Shown here: piece by piece, positions 29,835 to 38,332 of the stretch
Layout of the letters: each line of letters begins with the position of its first letter
How positions within the stretch are numbered: position 1 is the first letter of the stretch
Assembly (NCBI GenBank): GCA_964452905.1
Contig: CAYVNP010000006.1
Location: 1,004-65,003, forward strand
From: an uncultured Bacteroidales bacterium
GTDB taxonomy: Bacteria > Bacteroidota > Bacteroidia > Bacteroidales > CAYVNP01
Reading direction: 5' to 3'
DNA: 64,000 nt
The notes under the pieces: generated by a model
Databases searched by the model: none
The model's input: only the letters and a program-made list of their open reading frames with translations
What the model was told of the DNA's origin: nothing
Made by a program: the position numbers and the translations under genes

Positions 29835-29939
29835 TCAATAGGTAAGTAAGCGAGTATTTTCGGGTTTGCCAAGTTCTTTGCCATTTAATCTCTGATATTT
29901 CTTTTTAATATCATAAGTATATTTCATGGTATCTTTCAT
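29835..29939 (-). pseudogene. Duplicated 3'-terminal fragment of the hdrB-like gene (34-codon ORF)
   Basis: Translates to MKDTMKYTYDIKKKYQRLNGKELGKPENTRLLTY*. The HdrB-like C-terminus reads MKYPFDIKKKYQGLNDKDLGKPKNNRLLSCC*. Nucleotide similarity is visible over about 95 nt with 30434-30530. Confidence 0.6.
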
Positions 29940-29944
29940 AATTA

Positions 29945-30388
29945 TTAAATGTTCTCATTGGATTTTGATTTATTTAATTTTATTGGGGTTGGTCCTAATT
30001 TTTTAATGGTATTAACCATTTCGTTAATTGTATTCACCAGCGTGGTACCTCCGGCGGCTGAGTTATTTACCATGCGCAGACGTTCTTTCTCAATACCGCA
30101 TTCTTCAAGAATATTTCTGGTAGCATTAACACGTTTCTTTGCAAACAAATTGCCATCAATAAAATGACAACCACCTTCAAGGCAACCGGCAACTAATACC
30201 CCGTCAGCTCCGTTTTCAAAAGCTCTCATATAATATTCAACTTCCAGCCTGCCTGTACAGGGAGTGCGGATGATGCGAACATTAGGCGAATATTGAAGTC
30301 GCATTGAACCTGCTAAATCTGCTGCTGCATAAGCGCAGTAATGACAAAAGAATGCGACGATTTTAGGCTCAAAATTTTTATCATTCAT
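29945..30388 (-). CDS. MvhD/FlpD-like iron-sulfur protein (methyl-viologen-reducing hydrogenase delta subunit family)
   Basis: IVAFFCHYCAY...RTPCTGRLE...VAGCLEGGCHF, the conserved Cys pattern of MvhD. Confidence 0.8.
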   Translation of the reverse strand: MNDKNFEPKIVAFFCHYCAYAAADLAGSMRLQYSPNVRIIRTPCTGRLEVEYYMRAFENGADGVLVAGCLEGGCHFIDGNLFAKKRVNATRNILEECGIEKERLRMVNNSAAGGTTLVNTINEMVNTIKKLGPTPIKLNKSKSNENI

Positions 30389-30433
30389 AATTTTTATTGT
30401 TACTTTTTTTAATTAAAATATAATCTGTCTGAT

Positions 30434-31504
30434 TCAACAACAGGAAAGCAAACGATTATTCTTAGGTTTGCCAAGGTCTTTGTCATTCAATCCCTGATAT
30501 TTTTTCTTAATATCAAAAGGATATTTCATCTTATTCAGCAAAGGCGCAACATCTACCTGATGTACTTGTAATCCTATATCCCAAGGGTTGTAGCCAAGTA
30601 TTAATCCTGCTAATTCTTCATAAGTTAATACAGGAATGCCATATCCTTTATCATCGAAGGAAGTGTCTGTCATTTCACTGATCACATATTGCCATCTGTC
30701 CATAAAAAAATTACACCCCGGGCAGTTGGTAATAATTAAATCAGGATTGTATGGCTTCATTGAATCAAATTTCTTTTTTGTATTTGCAACAGAATAGCCC
30801 CTGTTTGCTTTAATAAGATATTGCCTGAATCCAAAACCGCAGCAATGTCTGCGTTCTGGATAATCCACGCGATCACCACCCCATTCATCAATAAGTCCGG
30901 CTAAAACATACGGATATTCTGCGCCTCCAATACCTTTATCAGGAAAGATTTTTGCATAATGACATCCGATATGTTCAACTACTTTTAATGGTTCGCCTGT
31001 TGTTTTATTATGTAATTTAAATTTTGCTTTTGCAGAAATTTCTTTACGGAATTTATAAATCACATCACTGGTGTGAACCAGATTCTTAGGTGGTACAAAA
31101 TCTTTTCCTGTAGCTTGTTTTAACAATTCTTTCGTTTTTTTCAATGTTACAGGAAAGTGTTTCCATGTTTCCAATACTTCACCATAAATGCCAAAAGAAG
31201 TAACACATGAACAAACAAAATTTTCATAACCAGCTTCATTCATCAGTGCAAACTGGCGGGCAACAACTGTCATCGTGGTTTCCATCGGAATAATGCCTGA
31301 ATGATAGGCAATACCTGTGCACGTTGTTTGACGGGGATCATCAAAAATATCTTTCCCCAACTCTATATTAAGAATCTTCAAAAATAATTCTTCGGCAGCA
31401 GGTAATACATTTTGTCTGATACAGCTTCGTGCAAAATAGTAGTTATCATCAGCAATTTCTTTCTGATAAGTCAACCAGGTTTCAGATGCTTTTTCTGTTT
31501 TCAT
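30434..31504 (-). CDS. Heterodisulfide reductase subunit B-like (CCG-domain protein)
   Basis: Canonical C-terminal CCG domain (C...HCCGFG...NCPGC) and a degenerate N-terminal one. Overlaps the hdrC-like stop by 4 nt. Confidence 0.8.
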   Translation of the reverse strand: MKTEKASETWLTYQKEIADDNYYFARSCIRQNVLPAAEELFLKILNIELGKDIFDDPRQTTCTGIAYHSGIIPMETTMTVVARQFALMNEAGYENFVCSCVTSFGIYGEVLETWKHFPVTLKKTKELLKQATGKDFVPPKNLVHTSDVIYKFRKEISAKAKFKLHNKTTGEPLKVVEHIGCHYAKIFPDKGIGGAEYPYVLAGLIDEWGGDRVDYPERRHCCGFGFRQYLIKANRGYSVANTKKKFDSMKPYNPDLIITNCPGCNFFMDRWQYVISEMTDTSFDDKGYGIPVLTYEELAGLILGYNPWDIGLQVHQVDVAPLLNKMKYPFDIKKKYQGLNDKDLGKPKNNRLLSCC

Positions 31505-32202
31505 TTTAATGTATGTTCACCATTATAGACCATTTTGAAATAATCATCACTCGTATCTTTACCATAAGAAACACCGAGTTCTTGCGCTTTTTGTTCTGAA
31601 TATTTTTCAATTTTTTCAAATCGTTCGGTTGCGCCTGTTAGATCAAAAATCTTTTGTAAATCATTTAATGATTCCTGACAAATTTTTCTGAGAGTACCTG
31701 CTCCATCGCCTTTATAGTTAGCACCTAATCTTTCCAGAATATCTGTTGCATTTTTCCTCATCCATTCCCAAACAGGTCCTTGTTCTGGATACATATCAGT
31801 ATTAATTTCATCAAAATAAACACAATAGCCGTATTTCAAAATATGCTCACCAATAGTACGTTTTAAAGCCAATTGCTGACGACCTTTTTCTGATTCAATA
31901 AATAATCCGGTTTCTATTGATAAAGCTCTTAATGCCTGAATTACATAGCCGGGTACATTATTTCTTGGACAACGTGTTTTACAGCTTAGGCATTCTCCAC
32001 ACATCCAAATCATATCGCTTTTTAACAAAGCTTCAATTTCATTTTCATTTCGGGATTGAACAGTGTCAACTATCCTACGGGGATCGTAATCATAAAACTG
32101 TGCAGCCGGACATATTGCTGTACAAGTACCACAATTGATACAAGCAGACAACCCTTCAGTAAAACGGATATCCTTAGCTAATAGTTTGTACCAAAGTTCC
32201 AT
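31501..32202 (-). CDS. Heterodisulfide reductase subunit C-like (2x[4Fe-4S])
   Basis: CINCGTCTAICP and CGECLSCKTRCP motifs, 233 aa. Confidence 0.8.
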   Translation of the reverse strand: MELWYKLLAKDIRFTEGLSACINCGTCTAICPAAQFYDYDPRRIVDTVQSRNENEIEALLKSDMIWMCGECLSCKTRCPRNNVPGYVIQALRALSIETGLFIESEKGRQQLALKRTIGEHILKYGYCVYFDEINTDMYPEQGPVWEWMRKNATDILERLGANYKGDGAGTLRKICQESLNDLQKIFDLTGATERFEKIEKYSEQKAQELGVSYGKDTSDDYFKMVYNGEHTLK

Positions 32203-32295
32203 ATATTGAATTTTTTTCTATACTATTTAACATTTTTCTTATAGCTGATAATACGGAGCATTGCTTTTTAAAATGTTAGAATTAAAAAATGTATT

Positions 32296-33003
32296 TTATT
32301 TTTTCTTTTCAATATATTCAATAATTATTTTTTCAACTTCACTCATTCTGAAATCATATTCTTTTCTTAACCACCCAAGTTTTTGTTTATCAGAAATTGT
32401 CTTTGGAATGTTCAGTTTTGTTTTTATGTATTCAGACGGAACAAAATATTTTTTCGACACATCTTCAAGAGTCATATACCCTTTTACTTCAATCGAATTA
32501 GAATGATTGTGTGTTTCTAAGGAATGATCTTTATCAGTGTGGCTATTTTTTATTGGAGAGATAACTTTTTTTTCGCTTATAGGATTGTTAGTGTGGTATT
32601 TTACTTGTCGTCCCTTTCCTTGTTCAATTTCAACTACTTCAGGGTTAATTATAAATGAAATAAAAATTAAAAAAACAGAAATAATAATGAATAATGATGC
32701 TATTATTTTTCGTGCCATTTTCCTTTGTATTAGTTTATTATATATACAAATTATAACATTCCAATGTAAAATAATATGAAGCACTAATAACCCAAGTAAT
32801 ATAAATCCAATTACGAGATGAATAGTCCCCCATTCATGTCTATCCATTCCCCAAAAATAAAGATCAACATTTTTCTCATACTTAATCCATCTTTCTTGTC
32901 CTGGAATCAATGTGAATTTTATTAAAAAACCTATCCCGGCAATAGCTGACATACATAAAAACATTAATCCATTTATTATGAAATTCAGAAGTGATTGATT
33001 CAT
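32296..33003 (-). CDS. DUF4405-like cytochrome-b-type membrane protein with a soluble C-terminal domain
   Basis: Four TM helices with conserved His (RHEWGTIHLVIGFILLGLLVLHIILHWN), followed by a roughly 90-aa soluble tail. Confidence 0.65.
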   Translation of the reverse strand: MNQSLLNFIINGLMFLCMSAIAGIGFLIKFTLIPGQERWIKYEKNVDLYFWGMDRHEWGTIHLVIGFILLGLLVLHIILHWNVIICIYNKLIQRKMARKIIASLFIIISVFLIFISFIINPEVVEIEQGKGRQVKYHTNNPISEKKVISPIKNSHTDKDHSLETHNHSNSIEVKGYMTLEDVSKKYFVPSEYIKTKLNIPKTISDKQKLGWLRKEYDFRMSEVEKIIIEYIEKKK

Positions 33004-33076
33004 GATAATTTTTTTACATAATAATAAAACATTTATTTATAGGGAACATGTCTTTAATTGAATAAAAGTGTTATTG

Positions 33077-33586
33077 TTAATGATAAGGATCGGAAAAATC
33101 CATTGCATAATAAACAGTATTACTTTGCAAAGCAAGGATAGAATTATGATTGAATTCTCTATCTTTAACCACAAGAGTAGTGACAGGTGCTTTAGACGTT
33201 TTATTAAATAAAATGTCATGCCCCATACATAAACCTAATGTGATATTGAGTTCAGTTTTGCTTTGTGACAGTTCATGTGCCTGACCGACCGGATTACAAG
33301 TCAGTCCTTTTGCTTCATAACCAAGAATCTCTTTTGAAGGAACCCTCCCTATTTTACAGTTTGAAGTAAAAACATCAAATTCATCAGATAATAGTTCTTT
33401 CAATTTATCAGCTTCTTTTTGGAGTGCAACACAATTTGCAATACCTATACGCTTATATCCAGATAGGCGAGCGAATTTTTTTATTTCTTCCACTCGGTTT
33501 TTACCTACAATACGGGCATCCTCTGCTATCTGCATGATTTTTTTATCTTCGTCAGTATATAATTCTTGAATATTGTTATTTTCCAT
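33077..33586 (-). CDS. DUF1847-like putative metal-binding protein
   Basis: IGIANCVAL...CKIG...CNPVGQA...LGLCMGHDILF...TTLVVKD pattern with four spaced Cys. Confidence 0.6.
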   Translation of the reverse strand: MENNNIQELYTDEDKKIMQIAEDARIVGKNRVEEIKKFARLSGYKRIGIANCVALQKEADKLKELLSDEFDVFTSNCKIGRVPSKEILGYEAKGLTCNPVGQAHELSQSKTELNITLGLCMGHDILFNKTSKAPVTTLVVKDREFNHNSILALQSNTVYYAMDFSDPYH

Positions 33587-33596
33587 GTTATGTTCG

Positions 33597-34037
33597 TTAA
33601 TGAAAGCTCGTTTGTAATTCAGATACTTTAATTGTATTAAATGTATGAAGGATATTAATTATGTTTTCTGGCGGATGACAAGGTTGTCGACTTCCTTTAT
33701 GTATAAAAGCAACAACGATTTTAGCTTCATTAATCAGTTCACCTGCTGCATTAAACATTTTATATGAAAAAAAAATTCGAGCACCTTTGATATTATTCAA
33801 AGTAGTTTCAATGGTGAGCAAATCATCATAAAACGCAGGTTTAATAAATCGAAATGTCATATCTGTTACAGGAAGCAAATAGTTGTCTTTTTCAATAGAC
33901 TTATATGAGATACCTACCTTGCGTAATAATTCCCATCGGGCGGTTTCATAATACCTAACATAATTGGAATGATGCATAAAACCCATCTGATCGGTATCAG
34001 AATACTTAACCCGTTGTTTTGTTAAATTTGTGTACAT
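33597..34037 (-). CDS. Acyl-CoA thioesterase, YbgC/4HBT hotdog family
   Basis: YSDTDQMGFMHHSNYVRYYETARWELLR, a typical 4HBT N-terminus with catalytic Asp. Confidence 0.8.
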   Translation of the reverse strand: MYTNLTKQRVKYSDTDQMGFMHHSNYVRYYETARWELLRKVGISYKSIEKDNYLLPVTDMTFRFIKPAFYDDLLTIETTLNNIKGARIFFSYKMFNAAGELINEAKIVVAFIHKGSRQPCHPPENIINILHTFNTIKVSELQTSFH

Positions 34038-34043
34038 AATTGA

Positions 34044-34409
34044 TTAATGATTATGACAGTCAGCTTGTCCTTCATGTCCGCCACATCCGATACCACTGTC
34101 TGTTAATGTACCATTTAAAAATGATTCGGCAACTTCTTTTGGATGTCCGCTACATCCACGAATTACATTAATACCGTGCTGATTTAAAACATTTAAAGCA
34201 CCCATACCCATATTACCGGCAAGCATTACTTCTACGCCTGTTCTTTGTAAAACCCCAGCTATATTTGACTTACAACCACATCCTTCAGGTGATTTGATCG
34301 TTTCTTCATAAATAATTTCTTTTTCGTCAACAGTAAATACAGTATATGATTCGCAATGACCGAAATGATCATCAATTCTGTTTTCTCTTGTTGGAACTGC
34401 AATTTTCAT
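34044..34409 (-). CDS. NifB/NifX-family (dinitrogenase Fe-Mo cofactor biosynthesis domain) protein
   Basis: MKIAVPT...DDHFGHCESYTVF... plus a Cys/His-rich C-terminus (GCGGHEGQADCHNH). Confidence 0.8.
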   Translation of the reverse strand: MKIAVPTRENRIDDHFGHCESYTVFTVDEKEIIYEETIKSPEGCGCKSNIAGVLQRTGVEVMLAGNMGMGALNVLNQHGINVIRGCSGHPKEVAESFLNGTLTDSGIGCGGHEGQADCHNH

Positions 34410-34431
34410 TTTTTTCTCCTTAATTTATTAT

Positions 34432-35265
34432 TTAGTTATTTTTATTGATTTCTGACATGTAATATATTTGATTTAGTGATTGAGCTAATAAACTAAAAGC
34501 ATTCTTCCCTGTACAATGCCCGGTAAAGAAAGAAGCATCGGGAAGTAACAGTTTCAATTCTTGTCCTATAAATAATAACTCATCATCTTTTTCAGTTTCT
34601 ATAAATTCATTTTTATCTATCAAATGAAATCCGCCAATAACCTTGATAATCCTTTCGTTTGGGAAAAAATTCTTAACTGTAGATACTACATTCAAAATGC
34701 CAAGGTGTGAACAACCGCTGAAGATGGTTAAGCCATCCATTGATTTTACTAAAAATATTAATTCATGTAAAAAAACATCATTCACAAAATTATTATCCTG
34801 TTCTTTCAATAACAGTTTATTTCCTAATGGCAGCGGATATTGCCTATCAATCCTGATAATGAATAATAGATTATCTGAAATAAAACAATCATTCTGAATA
34901 AATACAAAGCGTTTATCATATTTTAACAATTCATTAGAATATCCAATGTGCTTCATAGCTCCGTTTCTAATGGAAAAATATTGACTGGCGAATATTTCAT
35001 TTTTAAGAAATACTTTTGCTTTTATATTGTATTGTAGAAAAGGTATTAAACCACCAATATGATCAGAATGTCCATGAGATATAACAACGGTATCAATATC
35101 CTTCAAATCAACATTCAACTTTTCGGCATTATGCATGAATAAATCTGAAGCACCTGTATCAAAAAGAATTTTATGCGCTACAGTTTCAATATAAAGTGAT
35201 AACCCATGTTCGCTTTTCAGTGTATCTGAAACTAAATTATTTTCTATTAGTGGTATGATTTTCAC
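34432..35265 (-). CDS. MBL-fold metallo-hydrolase, COG1237 type
   Basis: SEHGLSLYIET...ILFDTGAS...VISHGHSDHIGGL (HxHxDH motif), 277 aa. Confidence 0.8.
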   Translation of the reverse strand: MKIIPLIENNLVSDTLKSEHGLSLYIETVAHKILFDTGASDLFMHNAEKLNVDLKDIDTVVISHGHSDHIGGLIPFLQYNIKAKVFLKNEIFASQYFSIRNGAMKHIGYSNELLKYDKRFVFIQNDCFISDNLLFIIRIDRQYPLPLGNKLLLKEQDNNFVNDVFLHELIFLVKSMDGLTIFSGCSHLGILNVVSTVKNFFPNERIIKVIGGFHLIDKNEFIETEKDDELLFIGQELKLLLPDASFFTGHCTGKNAFSLLAQSLNQIYYMSEINKNN

Positions 35266-35291
35266 TCGATTTTATAGAGGGTTAATTTGTT

Positions 35292-35615
35292 TTAACTTTT
35301 AGCACGCATTAATACAATATAATCTTTCAATGTCTTTTCTGTATCAACAACTATGATTATTTGAATTTTTAATTCTTTTAACAGTATTTTAACTTTCTCG
35401 CCTATTTCACTTGAAATGATACGTTCAACTTGTTTCTCTTGAAGCAGCTTAACCGCTGCGCATCCCGCATATTCTTTTATTTCCCTATATGAATTTTCAA
35501 TAAATTCATATTCACCTGTATGGGTATCATAAATCATAAAATAAGCACACCGGCCAAAGTGTTTATCAATTCTGGAATTAAGCGAATTATTTTCTGCTGC
35601 AAATGCTACTTTCAT
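35292..35615 (-). CDS. NifB/NifX-family protein (second copy)
   Basis: MKVAFAAEN...IDKHFGRCAYFMIYD, 107 aa. Confidence 0.75.
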   Translation of the reverse strand: MKVAFAAENNSLNSRIDKHFGRCAYFMIYDTHTGEYEFIENSYREIKEYAGCAAVKLLQEKQVERIISSEIGEKVKILLKELKIQIIIVVDTEKTLKDYIVLMRAKS

Positions 35616-35617
35616 TA

Positions 35618-36043
35618 TTAATCGTTTTGACTGATTAATTCTTTATAATTTTCAATTGTTTTTGAGCCACACATTGGACAAGAGATTTTTTTGGTTTGAT
35701 TTAAAGGATTATTGAAGTTGCTATTGCATTTTTTACATCTGAACCATTCTTCATCAAAATAAACTTGCCCTCCTTCAATTTCAATTACTTTAGCTTCAGC
35801 AAAAGCTTTTGCAATCTTGCGTCTGTAACTCTCATAAATTCTAGTAAATGTAGGTCTGGAAACATTCATATAAATTGCCGCTTCTGCTTGTGTATGCAAT
35901 TCATAATCACATAACCGCATAGCTTCAAATTCTTCAAAATTCAGAGTAACGGATTCTTTACTTTTTCCAAAATATCCAAAAGGTCTGTATCCCTTAAATG
36001 GTGGAGGATTGAGCATTTTTCTTAATCTTTTTGGACGCGACAT
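35618..36043 (-). CDS. DUF134-family putative DNA-binding protein with C-terminal zinc ribbon
   Basis: Start placed at MSRPKRLRK... (36041-36043), typical of DUF134. HTH-like region LHTQAEAAIYMNVSRPTF and a C-terminal CKKC...CPMC. Confidence 0.75.
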   Translation of the reverse strand: MSRPKRLRKMLNPPPFKGYRPFGYFGKSKESVTLNFEEFEAMRLCDYELHTQAEAAIYMNVSRPTFTRIYESYRRKIAKAFAEAKVIEIEGGQVYFDEEWFRCKKCNSNFNNPLNQTKKISCPMCGSKTIENYKELISQND

Positions 36044-36065
36044 AAAATAATTTATTTCTGCAAAG

Positions 36066-36087
36066 ATAATGAACATTTGTTCATTAT
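36066..36087. promoter_or_regulatory. Perfect 10-bp inverted repeat (candidate operator) in the divergent promoter region
   Basis: ATAATGAACA-tt-TGTTCATTAT, 23-44 nt upstream of the DUF134 start and about 55 nt upstream of the opposite -7 box. Confidence 0.5.
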
Positions 36088-36142
36088 TAATATTTTTTTT
36101 ATCTTTGTTTAAAAATATTTTGAACTAAACAAAAAAGTATTT

Positions 36143-36150
36143 TAAATTTG
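36143..36150 (+). promoter_or_regulatory. Candidate -7 box (TAAATTTG) for the class V PLP enzyme gene
   Basis: TAnnTTTG match that overlaps the TTG start used by the ORF track, which argues for the ATG at 36196. Confidence 0.4.
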
Positions 36151-36195
36151 GAGAAGTATTTTAAAAAATTTCGTAAAAAAATCATTGGTGATGAA

Positions 36196-37605
36196 ATGGA
36201 ATATATTACCCAATATGGTACTCAAAAAATGCTATATCTTGATTGGATTGCAAGCGGTAGACTTTATCGACCAATTGAAAAAGCTATTAGTGAACTGTTT
36301 GGTCCTTTTGTTGCCAATACCCATACCCAAACAAGTGAAAGTGGAACTCGTATGACATTGAGTTATCAACAAGCTCATAGAATTATTAAAAAACATGTTC
36401 ACGCAGGAAATAATGATATTATCATAACGTCTGGTTTTGGAATGACTTCTGTGGTGAATAAACTACAACGAATTTTAGGGCTAAAAAAATATAAAACTAC
36501 AAACACAAATTTTACTGAAAACAAACGACCTGTTGTTTTTTTAACACATATGGAACATCACTCAAATCAAACCAGTTGGTATGAGTCAATAGCTGATGTT
36601 GTAATTTTAAAACCAAATGCAGACCTTTTAGTTGATACACAGGAACTATATCTACAGCTTGAAAAATATAAGAGTCGAAATATTAAGATAGGTGCATTTA
36701 CTGCATGCTCAAATGTTACCGGAATAATTACGCCATATCACGAAATGGCACGAATAATGCACGAACACGGAGGCGTTTGTTTTGTTGATTTTGCAGCATC
36801 TGCTCCTTATGTTGATATAAATATGCATCCTGCAAAGGAAAATGAAAAATTAGATGCAATATTTTTCTCGCCACATAAGTTTTTGGGTGGACCTGGTTCA
36901 TCTGGGGTTTTAATTTTTGATTCGAGTCTATATAGCAATGAAGCACCAGATGATTCAGGAGGTGGCACATTAGACTGGACCAATCCATGGGGAAAATATA
37001 AATACATAGATAATATTGAAGCACGAGAGGATGGAGGTACACCAGGTTTTATACAAGCTATTCGGACTGCTTTGGCAATAAAGCTAAAAGAAAAAATGGG
37101 TGTAGCAAGAATAAAAGCTCGCGAAGACGAATTACTTTCAATTGCTTTTAACGAATTGGATAAGATTGAAGGACTTCAGGTATTAGCAAACCAACACCGA
37201 GAGAGACTTGGAATTATTTCATTTTATCATCCAAATATACATTATAATCTTATTGCAAAATTATTAAGTGATCGTTTTGGTATTCAGGTTCGTGCTGGCT
37301 GTGCATGTGCCGGAACATATGGACATTATTTATTAGAAGTGAATTATGAAAAATCGCAAGAAATTACTAAAAAAATAAATTATGGCGATTTATCACAAAA
37401 ACCGGGATGGGTAAGAGTATCCTTACATCCAACATTATCCAATAAAGAAGTATTATTTTTTGTGAATGCGCTTCGTGAGATAACTAAAAATCATTCTATT
37501 TGGATGAAAGATTATTTTTATAATAAAAAGAATAATGAATTTCAAAACAAATATGAATCAAAAAAAAGATTAAACGTTATTAAGAATTGGTTTATGATTG
37601 ATTAA
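36196..37605 (+). CDS. Aminotransferase class V / cysteine-desulfurase-like PLP enzyme
   Basis: PLP-lysine motif FSPHKFLGGPG and Cys loop VRAGCACAGTYGHY. The start is moved from 36148 (TTG) to the first ATG (MEYITQYG). Confidence 0.8.
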   Translation: MEYITQYGTQKMLYLDWIASGRLYRPIEKAISELFGPFVANTHTQTSESGTRMTLSYQQAHRIIKKHVHAGNNDIIITSGFGMTSVVNKLQRILGLKKYKTTNTNFTENKRPVVFLTHMEHHSNQTSWYESIADVVILKPNADLLVDTQELYLQLEKYKSRNIKIGAFTACSNVTGIITPYHEMARIMHEHGGVCFVDFAASAPYVDINMHPAKENEKLDAIFFSPHKFLGGPGSSGVLIFDSSLYSNEAPDDSGGGTLDWTNPWGKYKYIDNIEAREDGGTPGFIQAIRTALAIKLKEKMGVARIKAREDELLSIAFNELDKIEGLQVLANQHRERLGIISFYHPNIHYNLIAKLLSDRFGIQVRAGCACAGTYGHYLLEVNYEKSQEITKKINYGDLSQKPGWVRVSLHPTLSNKEVLFFVNALREITKNHSIWMKDYFYNKKNNEFQNKYESKKRLNVIKNWFMID

Positions 37606-37663
37606 AGTTGTATGTTTAGAATTAATTCAACATTATTTATTTCTTTATCTTTGATAAAAAAAA

Positions 37664-38284
37664 ATGCCAAAAGAATATTTTGATCGGGAAGCTGCAACAT
37701 GGGATAACATACCTCAGCGGTTGAATTTAGCTAAGACTGTTGCGGAAGAAATTATTAATTCTGTTCCTTTATTAAGAATTTGGACTGCTCTTGACTATGG
37801 ATGTGGTACAGGATCACTGAGCTTTTTCTTAAAGTCAAGTCTTAATTCCATTACTTTGGCAGATGAATCAAAGGGAATGCTTGATGTTTTGGAAAATAAA
37901 ATCAAAGCACATAACGTAATAAATCTTCATCCTATTAAATTGAATTTACTGGAAGAAAAATATACTGCCAAACATGATCTGATTTATACATTAATGGCTT
38001 TGCATCATATTAAAGATGTACATGGAATCATCGCAAAGTTCTATTCAATATTAAACAAAGATGGTTATCTGTGTATTGGAGATTTGGTTGAAGAAGATGG
38101 ATCTTTTCATGCACATCATACAAATTATGACGGACACAATGGGTTTAATTTAAATTCTTTAAAAGACATATTGCAAAAATCCGGATTTAAAGAGATCAAA
38201 ACTAAAATTTGTTTTGAAATGGAAAAAGAAATAAATCTGAAAACCTGTAAATATCCTGTTTTTCTTATGACTGCCAAAAAATAA
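37664..38284 (+). CDS. Class I SAM-dependent methyltransferase
   Basis: YFDREAATWD N-terminus and motif I LDYGCGTGSL, 206 aa. Confidence 0.8.
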   Translation: MPKEYFDREAATWDNIPQRLNLAKTVAEEIINSVPLLRIWTALDYGCGTGSLSFFLKSSLNSITLADESKGMLDVLENKIKAHNVINLHPIKLNLLEEKYTAKHDLIYTLMALHHIKDVHGIIAKFYSILNKDGYLCIGDLVEEDGSFHAHHTNYDGHNGFNLNSLKDILQKSGFKEIKTKICFEMEKEINLKTCKYPVFLMTAKK

Positions 38285-38332
38285 TTTCAACTAATAATAA
38301 CCGTTATTAAGTTCAATAAATTAGTTACTAAA

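Noticed and set aside
29773-29838. N-terminal extensions of several track ORFs: 7439-7510, 20400-20420, 28963-28980, 29773-29838, 36044-36076, 36148-36195, 48036-48047, 50639-50662, 51735-51785
   Set aside because: Several of these extensions start at TTG codons. Others overlap the upstream gene, run through a predicted -7 promoter box, or precede a much more typical N-terminus (signal peptide, MSRPKR of DUF134, conserved family start). I used the internal ATG instead. None of these starts is experimentally verifiable here.
29945-32202. Possibility that the Hdr/MvhD genes reflect archaeal contamination or a chimeric assembly
   Set aside because: The genes are embedded co-directionally between Bacteroidota-type genes. 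They share the same AT-rich composition and short spacers, and the flanking promoter uses the TAnnTTTG box. Ancient horizontal acquisition cannot be excluded without phylogeny.
38294-38308. 7-bp inverted repeat TAATAAC-c-GTTATTA just after the methyltransferase stop
   Set aside because: It is short, almost pure A/T, and has a 1-nt centre, so it cannot form a stable hairpin. It is expected by chance in this composition.
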